Positions 26,774 through 39,853 of a DNA stretch of 64,000 nt are shown here, one piece after another. How positions within the stretch are numbered: position 1 is the first letter of the stretch; every line of letters begins with the position of its first letter. The notes under the pieces are model-generated. The model was not told where the DNA came from. It ran no database searches and saw only the letters and a list, made by a program, of their open reading frames with translations. The stretch is from Glaucostegus cemiculus (lineage: Eukaryota). The stretch is from NCBI GenBank assembly GCA_976551045.1, contig CDPCPM010000370.1, positions 2,914,001 through 2,978,000 of the forward strand, read 5' to 3'. The position numbers and the translations under genes are program-made.

Positions 26774-27067
26774 GGCTCCACGACACAGAGGTGCACGGCG
26801 GATTCTCACACTAGAGATGTTTCAACGAGGCATCATTTTGACTTCGGGCCAAGCAGCGGACAACCCAGCTGGGGCATTCCGGAGACCTATCCATCTCCCC
26901 TGAGCTATTTATTCTCAAAGACTATCCTGGCGTTTTGCTGCGATGCTGAATGTACCAAACAATATATCTGCCGCTCGTGTAACTGCACTCCAGTATTATG
27001 GTCTGTCCTTCCTTATCCTTTGATACAAGAGGCTTCTGGGTCACTAACTCATTCACACACGAAACCT
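26774..27067 (-). pseudogene. Leaderless V pseudogene, subtype C
   Basis: Homologous to the other C copies; frameshifted. Confidence 0.68.
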
Positions 27068-27791
27068 GCAATGAAGGACAGTCTATAGAAAGAGCCAGAA
27101 CTTTTGTTCAGCTCACTGGGAAAGTGATGCCTCTGGACTCGTGCCGTGCTTTCTAAAAGTCTAGGTGGCTGTTCCGTTCTCCGGGGCGCGGGCCATCTCT
27201 GGAGACCTCACTCTGCAGCTGTCAGTATGGATATTATATCCCAGCGACAGGTTGGGCCCTATGTTGGTAGTAATGGCCCGGAGAGAGGGGAGAAGGATAT
27301 TTGTGAGGGAGGAGGCAGAGGTGATTGGTGCACTGAGGTGGACTGAGGAAATATGAAATATTTAATGTAGATTTACGCCTATCTCTCTCTCTCTCTCTCC
27401 ACGTACCTCTTTTTAGCCACTCTGATTCATTAACATTTAGTGTTTTACCTTCTCAAATGATTTCTCAAAATGCAGAGACACCGTATTTACGCCTTCTCCT
27501 TGATCCTCAACATTACATCCTCAAGGAATTCTACCAACAGGAAATGGGTTAAAATAGGTGTTCCGGATATGTATTTGCTAGCGCTTATTGCTTCCTGTTG
27601 GTAACGTGTCCAACAACAGTTCGTCAAGATTGGGCGATATTTGTTGCTGAGTGTCGTCCTGGAGACTGGGGCTGATGACCTTCGCAGACTAGTGTCTGCG
27701 TCCCTTCCGGTATCTCCGCTCAACGCGCCCTCTAGTGAGCGCTCCTTGCGCCGAATATCGCAAGGATCCGTCAACACCTTGCAACCTTGTG

Positions 27792-28180
27792 GTGTCCATG
27801 CCCCAGAGATGCACGGCGGAGTCCGACACAAGAACCCAGGAGAAATGATGCCTCCATTCTTGTTTGTCGTTATGTACGGAGCGGTGAACTCCACTGCACA
27901 TTCTGGAGTCCGTTCCAACCTTCCTGACTTATCAAGCATTTTGTAGATTCCTCCCAATACTGAGTTTTTCAAAAATTATATGCAATCTCTAATGAGTTAC
28001 TAGAGTTCGATATTATGATCCGTGCTTCCTCAGCCGTTATTACAGGAGCGTCGTGCAATAATCAACAGAATTATAAACAGCCCCGGCTGGCACTGAACCC
28101 AAGGGACACACGGGCCGTTTTCGCACAGACTAGCCGGGCAGCATGTCCAATATAATCAATATGTCACACAGGGACATCAT
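27792..28180 (-). pseudogene. V pseudogene, subtype D
   Basis: LERTPECAVEFTA, frameshifts; consensus CTCF-like motif at ~27725. Confidence 0.68.
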
Positions 28181-29001
28181 GGTGTCTGGCTTCAGAATTC
28201 ATTGAAAGCCAGAGTGCTTTCAATAAGTCCATACCTCTTCACTGCTATCGGAGAATGAGATCACATCAGTGGCACCTTTCTCTTTGTGTAAGCGCGGAGG
28301 CATTTTCCTGCCATTGGATTGGCTGGTAAATCAGGACTGACCCCACTCGTGCACCACTATAGTGGGATCTGGTGCAATTCCTCTCTCTGCCTGTTTATAT
28401 TTCCTTTGTATTCCGTTTTGTCCCTCTCTCACGCACACACGTCCACATGACCCTTTCTCTCCCGGTCGTTCCATACGCCTCTCTCTTTCTCTCTGTTTCC
28501 CTCTTCCTTCCCCCACCTCTCCCTCTCTCTCATTCACTCTCTCCCACTCTGCAATCTTTCTCTCTATTCCTCTTTCTGAAGTAACCTCATTGTGACCTCG
28601 AAACGAATGATTATCATTTCTAAGGTAATTGTATCTCCAGTTTTCCCTTCACCCTCACGTTGCATCCTGAAGAAACTCCAACAAAGTGGTGAAAGACGAT
28701 TTACAGCAATATTCATAACGACACATCAATTTGTAGACAACAGTGGGAAAAGGTCAAGGAGATGCCCCGGAAATAGGTTGTGAAGTTCCCAGTTGCATGT
28801 ACGAATTGAAGACAAGCATAATTCTACATCCTGCGACGGGTTCTGGTGCTCAATGTCAATCTCTTAAATGCTCGCTATGATGATCACTCTTTCCTGTATG
28901 AACCTTAAGTATCCCTAGCGAAAAGCGCCCTCTGGTGAGCGTTCATTGCCACACCCAGTGTACGTTTTTGTCCGAACCCGCCATCTGCCTACAACAGTGT
29001 G

Positions 29002-29445
29002 GGGTTCGTGGCACAGAGGTACACGGCGGAGTCTGAAACAAGAACCCCGGAGATATTGAAATGAGCTCTCTTGTTGCCTTTCTTTAAATCCGCGGTAAAC
29101 CTCTTTGGACATTCTGGAGGCCGTTTTATCTCTCCTGACTGAAACACGGTCAGCAAGTACTTTGGAGATTCCTCGCGATGTTGAATGTACCAAAAGATAT
29201 TTGCAGCAGCTCTTGTGTAACTACAGTCCAGTGTTATGGTCTGTCCTTCCTCAGCCGTTAATTCTGGACGCTCTTGGGTCACAAGCTCTTGCCCGTTCGT
29301 TCCTGCAATAAATGACAAAGTGAGTAAATGGCCCGAGCTTACATTGCACCGAAGAGACGCACACCGGCTGTGTTGTCAGAGACTCACCGGGCAGCCCGGC
29401 CAATACAATCAGTAAGGAACAGAGGCAACACATGGTGTCTGGCAT
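29002..29445 (-). CDS. TRAV: TCR V segment, subtype B, open
   Basis: Leader MPDTMCCLCSLLIVLAGLPG, exon 2 from 29302 ...DSAVYLCATNP; RSS CACACTG-23-ACAAAAACG (29001-28963); CTCF-like motif 28925-28938. Confidence 0.87.
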
Positions 29446-29633
29446 CAGGCTCGGTCGAAAGGTGGATTATTTTCAAGAAGTTAGAACTACTTGACAGATA
29501 TTGGAGAATGAGGTCAGACAAGCGGCACTCTTCATTTTGTGCAAGGCGGGCGGCGTTGACTTGCTAAATGATTGGCTGGTAGATGATTGAAGCTTTTACG
29601 GTACCAATCAGAATGGGATCTGCCCTTGCGACC

Positions 29634-29664
<31 letters not shown>

Positions 29665-29784
29665 TCTCTCTCTCACCTCCCTCCCTCTCCCCCTCTTTCC
29701 ATTCACCAACTCGGTTTTTCTCCATTTTTCTTCATCCTCTGTGCCTTTCTGTTTTTCTCTTCTCTGCTTCTCTCCCTCGCTACG

Positions 29785-30193
29785 TGTCATGATTCTGAGT
29801 ACTGGCCCTTGATTTGGTTCGTTTGATGCCTCGGTGTACAGCACATGAATTCCATGCTGGACTGGTTGCATAGTGACACACACCTGAGCCCCATCAAGGG
29901 CCTAGCATAAGTAGCTGGGTTTCTCAAGCACTAGTTGCCAAGGTATTGGTCAACCTTGAAGATTCAATTTCGTTCGGAGCTGCTTAGAGTGGTGGACTCC
30001 AGAGCAGTTCTGTGTTCTCTAGTCCTGCTTGAAGATTCAGTTCGTGTTGGGATTACTACTCAGATCTCCGAGGCAAGGTTTCCTTCCAGTGTTGCCTGTG
30101 CCCGGACCTGAGGAAGTATCCTGACTCCAGTCTTGTGCCAGTGTGCCGCGTGTGGGTTCTCTATGATCTTGCTCTTCAATCAACACTGTGACA
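29785..30193. mobile_element. Solo LTR (~409 bp)
   Basis: TGTCA...TGACA ends, perfect 5-bp TSD CTACG (29780-84 and 30194-98); reverse complement of 23970-24377. Confidence 0.82.
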
Positions 30194-30570
30194 CTACGAT
30201 ATTCTTTCTCTGGGGGTCATCAGAATGGACTTCATTTAAATTTCGTTTTGCTTTCCTTTCTATTTTCCCTCTCTCCCGAGCGCTCCCTTCTCCTCCCATA
30301 TGCCCCTTTATCTCTCTCTCCTCCTTGCATTCTTATCTTTTTCTCTGGATGTCTCCATCCATTCATTCATCTAGTGATCTAGCCAGGACCTGTTACAAAT
30401 TGCTGGCTGATGCTGAGTGTCTCCCGCTGAAGAGGACCATATGACGCTCGGTAATTCCTGACTGTGGGTCTCTCGCAGTTAATCCTGCTCAGCGCGCTCA
30501 CTCATGAGCGCTCACTGCAACAACCAGGTCCAGGCTTTTGGCCGGAACTTCCATCTTGCGCCACCTGTGT

Positions 30571-30775
30571 GCGGTCCATTGCACAGAGGTACAAGGCTGA
30601 CACCGACACAAGAGCCAGGGTGAGTTTAAATGTGCCTTCATGCTCTCTTTCTGCAAAGCTCACGAGGCATTCTGGAGACCGATCCATCCTTTAGTTATGT
30701 ATCCACACCAAGGATTTTGGAGATTGTCCGCGCTTCTGTATGTGCCAAAAAGAATACCGGTATTCCCTAACCCTA
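30571..30775 (-). pseudogene. 5'-truncated V fragment, subtype E
   Basis: MDRSPECLVSFAEREHEG...SALYLCAMD. Confidence 0.65.
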
Positions 30776-30856
30776 AATTCAAGATTGATTCCTCAAGCTC
30801 GGGAGACTTTCTTGTTCCGTGTGGCACTCTAAAATTCAGCACGTGACTCTCACTGA

Positions 30857-30903
<47 letters not shown>

Positions 30904-31307
30904 TGTCGTTTCCTGTATAAGCGCGCCCTCTGGTGTGCTTTCCAGAAATGTAAACACGCTGTATCTCCTTTTTTCCCTCTGATTCTCACTGTTATACCCT
31001 TGGCGAGAAATAACGAAGTGTTTCAAAGATACTTTCCACCAGGGTTCGCAACAGTGAAATCTTGTTCGAGACGGAATGAAAAAGGGACATCGCGGTGTCC
31101 CTGAAATGCTTTGGAAAATGTGTACCCCCAAGAACGAGTTGTATTCAGGAAAGCTTCCTCAATATTCGACGAGTTTTGTTACTCTGTGCACTCCTCTTCT
31201 GTTGGACCTGGTTTGCGTGTGCCCCCCTCCAAGAGTCCCCTGATAAGGCGCCCTCAAGAGAAAGGATCTCTTTTTCGGTCCGGATCCGCCCTCTCTGCCA
31301 CACTGTG

Positions 31308-31601
31308 GGCTCCATGGCACACAGGTACACGGCGGAGTCCAACACCATCGCCCAGGAAATTCTTGAACGAGGCAGGCTTCTGCCGCCCTGGCAAGCAGCA
31401 GAAAACCCAGCTGGGCATTGGGGAGACCTGTCCATCTTCCTTGTGGCATTTATTCTCATCAGGTATGTTGGAGATTGTCCGCGATGCTGAGCAAAGAAAT
31501 GTCTCCACTACCGCCCGTGTCACTGCTGTTCAATACCATGGTCTGTCCTTCTTTTCCCGTCCATACCGAAGACGGCTAGGTCAATGGTTCACTAACAACC
31601 C
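31308..31601 (-). pseudogene. Leaderless V pseudogene, subtype C
   Basis: MDRSPQCPAGFSAA...DSAVYLCAMEP; 5' part frameshifted, nonamer degenerate. Confidence 0.7.
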
Positions 31602-32323
31602 TACAATAAAGGACAGTATGTATAAACATCCCGGGTTTGCATTCAACACACACTGGGAAAGTAATGCCTCTGCACTAGTGCAATGGTTTCTGAAATTGTG
31701 TGTGGATGCTCCGTTCTCCTGGGCAAGAGCGACCTCTGGCGAGTCCACTCTGCAACTCTCAGAATGAATATTATTTCCCAGCGACAGTTTGGGCCCCATG
31801 TTGGCAGTGATGGCGAGGAGAGAAAGAAGATGGGGATTGGTGAGACAGGCGTCCGAGGTGATTGGTGGACTGAAGTGGGCGGAACAAGGAAGGGGGAAAT
31901 ACGTCAGGCAGATTCACGCCTCTCTCTTTCTGTATGTTCCTCCTTTTAGCCATTCTTGTGCATTAACCTTCTGTGTGTTACATTTCCGAATGATTTCTCG
32001 AAATACAGAGACACCGGATCACCGGGTTCCCCTTCATCCACAATATTACATCCTCAAGGAATTCTAACAACAGGGGACGGGGTAATCGAGGTGCCCCGGA
32101 TGCATTGACCAAGTGCTTATTGCTTCCTGTCGGGGCTGTGTCCAACAACAGTTCGTCAAGCTTGGGCGGCGTTTGTTGCTGAGAGTCGCCCTCACAAATT
32201 GACCACGTGACCCTCACTGACTGGTGAGTGCGTCTCTGATGGGAACCCCGTCCAACATCGCCCCAGAGTCAGCGCACGTTGCGCCGGATATTGCAAACAT
32301 CCTTCGACTCAGTGCAAAAGTGT

Positions 32324-32695
32324 GGTGTCCATGCCACAGAGATGCGCGGCGCAGTCCGACACAGGAACACAGGAGATATGCTCTCTCCTCTCTTGCTGTC
32401 GTTATGCAAAGCAGCGGTGAACTCCACGGCACATTCTGGAATCCGTTCCATCTTTCCTGACTTCTCAAGTATTTTGGAGATTCTTTACGATGCTGAATTT
32501 TTCAAAAATCATATGCACCGTCTATTGAGAAACTGCAGATCAGTTTTATGATCTGTCCTTTCTCGACCGTTAATGCAGGAGCGCCCTGCAATAATCAACA
32601 GAGTGTATGAACAGCCCTGGCTAGCAATGAACCCACGGGACACACATGGGCCGTTTTCGCACAAACTCGCCGGGCAGCACAGTGGGGAACACATG
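32324..32695 (-). pseudogene. V pseudogene, subtype D
   Basis: MERIPECAVEFTAALHNDSKRG, shortened leader, frameshifts. Confidence 0.68.
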
Positions 32696-33470
32696 GTGAC
32701 TGGCTTCAGAATTGATCGAAAACCAGAGTGCTTTCAATGTTAACACCTCTTGAGCGCCGTTGGACAATGAGATCTCATCAGTGACACTTTTCACTTTGTG
32801 TAAGGATGGAGGCGTTGTCCTGCCACCGGATTGGCTGGTAAATCAGGACTGACCCTATTGGTGCACCAGTAGAGTGGGGTCTGGTGCGATTCATCTCACT
32901 GCCTGTTTGAATTCCCTTCACACTCCGTTCTCTCACACACACTCGCGTGCATGTGACCCTTTCTTTCCTTCTCTTTCCATCTGCCCCTCTCACTCCCTCT
33001 GCTTCTCGCCCCGTACCCCCACCACTCGCTCCCTCTCTTCCTCTCTATATGCCCTACAATGTCTCTATTATTCCTTTTGAAGCAAACTCTACTCTGATCG
33101 AATGGTTTCCAATTATAAAGTAATTGCATCTCTAGTTTTCGCTTCACCCTCACTACTTCATTTTCAAGGAACTCTAGCAAACTGGTGAAAGATGTTTTCC
33201 AGCAACGTTGACAACGGCACGTCGTCTGGGAAAAGGACTTCGAGATGTTCAGGAGTTCCCAGATGCAGGTACGAGCTGAAGACAAGCATAATTCCACATG
33301 TTGCGACGTATTTTGGTGCCAATGTTACCCTCTTAAATACACACCGTGATCCTCACTGATTCCTCAGTGAACCTTAAGTATCTCTAGCGTAAAGCGCCCT
33401 CTGGTGAGCGCTCATTGTCACACCGAGAGCAAGTTTTTGTCCGGACCCGCCATCTCCCTGCAGCAGTGTG

Positions 33471-33913
33471 GGCTTCCTACCACAGAGGTACACGGCGGAG
33501 TCCGAAATAAGAGCCCCAGAGATATTGAAATGCGATCTCTTGTTGCCTTTGTCGAAATCGGCGGTAAACCTCTTAGGACATTCTGCAGGCCGAATCATCG
33601 CTCCTGAGTTATACACTTTCAGCAAGTATTTTGGAGATTCCGTGCCGTGTTGAAAATACCAAAAAATATCTGCATTAGCTTTGCTGAAACTACAGTCCAG
33701 TATTATGGTCTGTCCTTCCTCAGCCGTTAATTCTGGAGGCTCCTGCGTCACTGAATCTTGCCCATTCATTCCTGTAATAAAAGACAAAGTGAATGAATGC
33801 CCGAGCTTACATTGGACCGATGAGACGCACACTGGCGGTGTTGTCAAAGACTCACCGGGCAGCACGGCCAATACAATCAGTAAGGAACAGAGGCAACACA
33901 TGGTGTCTGGCAT
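33471..33913 (-). CDS. TRAV: TCR V segment, subtype B, open
   Basis: Leader MPDTMCCLCSLLIVLAVLPG, 84-nt intron, exon 2 from 33771 ...DSAVYLCGRKP; RSS 33470-33432; CTCF-like motif 33394-33407. Confidence 0.86.
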
Positions 33914-34625
33914 CAGGCTCCGACGAAAGGCGGATTACTTCCAAGAAATTAAAACTACTTGACAGATATTGCAGAATGAGGTCAGATCAGCAGCACCCTT
34001 CATTTTGTGCAAGGCGGGGGGCGTGGCCCTGCTAAATGATTGGCTGTTAGATGACTGAAGCTTCAACGGCACCAATCAGAATGGGCTCTGCTCAAGTAAC
34101 GCTCTCTCGTTGTTTCACTTTCTGATAAAATATAGTTCTCTCTTTCTGTCTCTCTCTCTTTCTCTCTCCCGCTCTCTCTTTCTGTTCACTCACTTAATGT
34201 TTTTTCTCTCTTTCTCGTCCCTCCTTACTCCTCTCTGCCTTTCTCTATTTCTCTTCTCTCCTTATCTCTCTCTGCGATATTCTTTCGGCTGTGATCAGAG
34301 TGGTCTTCATTTCAATTCCGTTTTCCTTTCCTTTATATTTCCCTCTAGCGCGCGCGCTCCCTTATCCTCTCATCTGCCTCTTTATCTCCTTGCATCCTTA
34401 TCTTTTTCTCTGGATGTCTCCATCCAACCATTCATCTAGCGAGCTCGCAACCACCTCTCACATATTGCTGGCTGATGCTGGTTAAGAGGACCATATAACG
34501 CTCGGTGTTTCCTTACTGTTGGTATCTTCCAGTTTGTCCTGCTCAGCGCCCCCACTCATGAGCGCTCATTGCAACAACCAGGTATAGGCTTTTGACCGCA
34601 AACGCGATCATGCTCCAACTGTGTG

Positions 34626-34865
34626 CTGTCCATGGCACGGAGGTACAAGGCAGAGACCGACACAAGAGCCAACGTGATGCTGAAATGTGCCTTCTTGTCC
34701 TCTTTCTGCAAAGTGGTGCAGTCTGGAGATCTATCCAGTCAAAATACTGCACGGTGCAGTCTGGAGATCTATCCATCCTTTCGTTATCTATTGTCAGTAA
34801 CTGTTTTGGAGCTTGTCCACGATGCTGTATGTACCAAAACATACCCGCATTCCCTAACCCTAAAT
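34626..34865 (-). pseudogene. 5'-truncated V fragment, subtype E, with a short internal duplication
   Basis: FWYIQHRGQAPKQLL..MDRSPDCTV; GGTGCAGTCTGGAGATCTATCCA occurs twice (~34715 and ~34753). Confidence 0.65.
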
Positions 34866-35166
34866 TCAAGAATGTTTCGTCAAGCTTGGGCGACTTTCTT
34901 GATGCGTGCGGTCACTAGAAAATGGAGCACGTGANNNNNNNNNNNNNNNNNNNNNNNNNNNNNNNNNNNNNNNNNNNNNNNNNNNNNNNNNNNNNNNNNN
35001 NNNNNNNNNNNNNNNNNNNNNNNNNNNNNNNNNNNNNNNNNNNNNNNNNNNNNNNNNNNNNNNNNNNNTTTTGGTTTCCTATCTAAGCGCGCCCTCTAGA
35101 GAGTGCTCTTTGCAATAAACTGGGCCCAGTTTTTGTCCGGATCGGCCATCTCCCCGCCACAGTGTG

Positions 35167-35598
35167 GGCTCCATGGCACAGATGTAGACGGCGGAGTCCG
35201 ATACAAGACAGCCGGTAATGTTTAAATGAGCCATCTTCATGTCTTTCTCCAGATCAGCGCTAAACCTTGACGGGCATTCTGAAGAACATTCCATCTTTCC
35301 TGTGCTTAAGAGCTTCAGCAAGTATTGCGGACCTCCCCCTCGATGCTGCATGTACCAATAAATATGTTGAGTGGCTATTGAGTAACTACAGTGCAGTATT
35401 ATCGTCTGCCCTTCCTCAACCGTTAGTTCAAGAGGGTCCTGTCTCACTGAATCTTTCCCACTCATTCCTGCAATAAAAGACAGAATATATGAACAGCCCG
35501 ACCTTGCATCCAACCCACGGGACACACACCTGCCGTTTTCGCAGAGACTCACCGGGCAGTGCGGCCAATATAATCAGTAAGTAACAGAGGGAACACAT
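35167..35598 (-). CDS. TRAV: TCR V segment, subtype A (MECSSECP group), open
   Basis: Exon 2 from 35467 ...MECSSECPSRF...DSAVYICAMEP; RSS 35166-35128; CTCF-like motif 35089-35102. Confidence 0.85.
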
Positions 35599-35833
35599 GG
35601 TGTCTGGCTTCAGGCTCGATCAAATCTTTCAAGAATTTAACACCTCTTCACCGATGTTGGAGAACGTGATCAGATCAGCGGCACCTTCATTTTGTGTGTG
35701 ACTGAGGGCGTTGCCTTGCTAAAGTATTGGCTGGTAAATTAGAAATGAGCACTAATCAGAATGGCCTTTGGTTGAGTTCGTCTCGCTGTCTCTTTATATT
35801 CCTTCCGCTGTCACATTCGAACACACGTCTCTC

Positions 35834-35995
35834 ACGTGTGTGAGAGAGAGAGAACGGAGTATGAAGGGAATTCAAACAGGCAGTGAGATGAATCGCACCA
35901 GACCCCACTATACTGGTGCACCAATAGGGTCAGTCCTGATTTACCAGCCAATCCCCTGGCAGGACAACGCCTCCATTCATACACAAAGTGAAAAG
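35834..35995 (+). promoter_or_regulatory. Inverted copy of a subtype D promoter fragment
   Basis: Reverse complement of ~32785-32940 and ~61055-61215 (GGCGTTGTCC and two ATTGG boxes). Confidence 0.8.
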
Positions 35996-36273
35996 ATGAA
36001 TTCCGTCAAAGCTATCAACAGGGAAAATGGACATCAAGATGTCACGGCAATGTTTTGCCACGTTCCTACTTGTAGGCATAGATCCGACTTAAATTCCTCG
36101 GCTTTGGCGTCTTAGTGGTTAAATATCACCCTCTAACTTGGAGCAGATGACTCTCGCTGATTTGTCTGCGCTTCCTTCTGGATTCCCCACTAAGCACGCC
36201 CTCTAGTGAGCGCTCTTTTCAATATGCAGTGCCCAGTTTTTGTACGAATGAACCTTCTCACTGCAACTGTGTG

Positions 36274-36705
36274 GGATCCATGGCACAGTGGAACACGGCG
36301 GAGTCCGACACTACAGTTCCAGAGATATTTAAAGGAGCCATCTTGATGTCTTTCTGCAGAGCAGCGGTGAACCTCTCCGGGCATTCTAGAGAACGATCCA
36401 TCTTTCCTGTGCGATGAAGTTTCAGCAAGTATTGTGGAGCTCCATCTCGGTGCTGTAGGTACCAAAAAATATATGGATTGTTTGCCGAGTAACTACAGTT
36501 CAGTATTATAGACTGTCCTTCTTCAACCGTTAATTCAGGAGGGTCCTGGGTCACTGAATCTTTCCCAGTCGTTCCTGCAATAAAATATAGAATGTATGAA
36601 CAGCCCGGCCTTGCATCCACCCCAGGGCACACACACCGGACGTTTCCGCAGAGACTCACCGGGCAGCACGGCCAATATAATCAGCACGGAACAGAGGGAA
36701 CACAT
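36274..36705 (-). CDS. TRAV: TCR V segment, subtype A, open (YLC>FHC)
   Basis: Exon 2 from 36574 ...DSAVFHCAMDP; RSS CACACAG-23-ACAAAAACT (36273-36235); CTCF-like motif 36196-36209. Confidence 0.76.
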
Positions 36706-37703
36706 GGTGTCTGGCTTCAGGCTCGATCAAATCTTTCAAGAATTTAACACCACTGCGCCGATGCCAGAGAGATCAGATCAGCGGCACCTTCATTTTGTGT
36801 GTGACTGGGGGCGTTGCCTTGCTAAATAATTGGCTGGTAAATCAGATCTGAGCACCTATCAGAATGGGCTTTGGTTTTGATTGTCTCTTGTCTCTTCATA
36901 CTCCGTCCTCTTCAACACTCACACACGCAAATCTCTCTCATTTGCACACACAAATCTCTGTCTCACGCAGACACACACGTCTCTCTCTTCTTCACACACA
37001 TCTCTCTCACAAACACACACTTCTCTATCACACACACATGCACATATACGAACACACACGCAAACACCTCCCTCGCTCTCTTCCCACTGCCCTTCACCCT
37101 TCGCACAACTTGCTAACCTACATGTCACATTATCATACGCATATTCTGTTACATTCCGCATAGAATCGATACACAATAAAGGTAACAGACAACATTATTG
37201 ACTCCTGTGGAATCCTACTTGTTCATCCAAAAATCGCCCATTCATCCTTGTGCCTTATTTCCCACCAGAGAGCCAAGCTCAGATCCATGCCAATAAACTT
37301 GTGCAGAGACCTTTCGGGTGACACTTTATCGAATGCTTCTAACTAACGTAAACAGGTTGTATCTCCATTTTGCCTCTGAAACTCACTGCTATCTGCTCGG
37401 GGAACGCTAGCAAATTGTTTAGAGATCTTTTTCATCAAAGTTCCCAACAGCAAAATGTTTTCGGAGACTCAGTGAAAGGGGGATGCCGCGATGTCCCAGA
37501 ATTGCTTTGCAAAATGTGTACCTCCAGGAAGGTGTTGTATTCAGGAAAGGTACCCCAATTTTGTGCGAGTTTTGTTGCAGAGAGCGATCCTCTTAAGTCG
37601 AGGCTGGTTTTCTTGTGCGCCCTCCAGATTTCTTGTCAAAGATGCCCTCTATAGTGAAAGGTTCTGTTTCTGTGCGGATCCGCCGTCTCTCTGCAACAGT
37701 GTC

Positions 37704-38000
37704 GGGCTCCGTGGCAGACGTGTACGCGGCGGAGTCCACGCCAGAGATCTTTCAACGAGACATAGATCTGACTCTCGGCCAAGCAGCGTACCACTCAGCT
37801 GAGCATTCGGGAGACCTGTCCATCTTCTCTGCGCTATTTATTCTCATCAAGTATCCTGCAGATTTGACGCGATGCTGAATGTAGCAAACAATATACCCAC
37901 TGCGACTTGTGTAACTGCAGTTCAGTGTTATGGTCTGTCACCCTTCTCCGTTAAGACATGAGGTTCTGCGGTCATTAACTTGTTCACTCCCGAAACAACA
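37704..38000 (-). pseudogene. Leaderless V pseudogene, subtype C
   Basis: Homologous to the other C copies; acceptor lost. Confidence 0.68.
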
Positions 38001-38283
38001 ATAAAGGAAATAATGTAGAAACATCCCGGACTTGCGTTCAGACCACACTGGGCTAGTAATACCTTCAGAGTCGTGTCGTTTTTTCTAAAATTCTAGGTGG
38101 ATGTTCCCTTTTCCGGGGCGAGAGTGCCCTCTGGCGAGCTGGCTCTGCAACTCTCAGAAAGAGCCAAATCTCCCAGCCCCATATTGGTAGTGATAGCCAG
38201 GAGAGAGAGGAGATGGGCATTGGTGCGACAGGCGTCTGACTGATTGGTGGACACAGGTGGGTGGAATGAGAATGTAGATGAAC

Positions 38284-38338
<55 letters not shown>

Positions 38339-38718
38339 TCCGTCTTTATCGCCACTAATTTGCATTAACCTTTTAAGTGTTATGTTTTCCACAGATTTCT
38401 CGGAATGCAGAGACATCGCATCTACGGGTTCCCTTTCATCGTCAATATTACATCCTAAAGGAACTTTAACAACGGAGAAAGCGGTAATCGAAGTGTCCCG
38501 GAAATGCATTGTCAACTGCTTATTCCTTCCTGTCGGTCAGTATCAGACAACAGATCGTTCAGCTTGTGTTACTTTTGTTGCTATTTGTCGACCTCTGAAC
38601 TGGAGCATGTGACCCTCACTGATCGTTGTATGCGACCCTTCCGCTTTCCCCTCTAAACGCGCCCTCTGCTGCACGCTTGTTGCGCCGACTAGTCCAGCGG
38701 CATTCCTTCAACCGTGTG

Positions 38719-39071
38719 GTATCCATACCACAGACATGCACGGCGGAGTCCGACACAGGGAACCAGGACATATGCTGCCTCCGCTGTTGCTCTCGTTATG
38801 CAAATCAGCGGTAAACTCTACTGCACATTCTGGAGTCCATTCCGTCCTTCCTGACTTATGAAGTATTTTGTAGATTCCTCACGAACAATTATATGCACTG
38901 CCTTTTGAGTGACTACACTTCAGTCTTAAGGTCTGTCCTTCTTTAGCCGTTAGTACAGAAGCAACAACAGTATGTATGACCATTCCTGGCTGGCACTGAA
39001 CCCACGAGACGCACATTTAACTCATAGAGCACGGCTGTCATTGTCATCAATAAAGAGCAGACGGAACACAT
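38719..39071 (-). pseudogene. V pseudogene, subtype D
   Basis: D-type FR3, deletions. Confidence 0.65.
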
Positions 39072-39853
39072 GGTGTCTGGATTCAGAATTGTTCGAAAGT
39101 CGGAGTGCTTTCAATAAGTCAATACCACCTGACCGCTATTCGATAATAAAATCTTATCAGTGTCGCCTCTCTCTTTGCGTCTAAGCGTACGGGCGTTATC
39201 CTGCCATGGAATTGGCTCGCAAATCCGGACTGACCCTTATTGGTGCACCAGTATAGGGGGTCTTGTGCAATTCAACTCACTGCCTGTTTAAATTCCTTTT
39301 ATATTCCTCTCTCTCTCACACACACGCGCGCCCATGACCCTTTCTTTCCCTCTCTTCCCATCGGCCGCTCTCTTACCCTCTAATTCTCGCACCCTACCTC
39401 CACCTCTCTCTCTCTCCCTCTCTTTCACTCTCTCTCTGCGCTTCAATCTCTCTATTCTTCCTTATGAAGTCACCTGTATTGTGACTTCTCATCCAATGGT
39501 TTACATTTCTAAAGCAATTGCATCTCTAGTTTTCGCTTCACCCTCACAGCTACGTGTACAAGGGACTCTAGCAGACTGGTGAAAGATGTTTTCCAGCAAC
39601 GTTGACAACGGCACGTCGTCTGGGAAAAGGGCTTCCGAGATGTCCCGGAGCTCCCAGATGCAGCTACGAGTTGAAGACAAGGATAATTCCACCTGCTGTG
39701 ACGGATTTGGGTGCTAAAGTTACCCTCTTAAATACACGCAGTTTCCTGGGTAAACCTTAAGTATCTCTGGCGTAAAGCGCCCTCTGTTGAGCGCTGGTTG
39801 TCACACCCAGAACAAGTTTTTGTCCGGACCCGCCATCTGCCTGCAGCAGTGTG

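Noticed and set aside
35158-35164. Perfect plus-strand CACAGTG overlapping the heptamer, as a bidirectional RSS
   Set aside because: There is no nonamer-like sequence 12 or 23 bp away on the plus strand.
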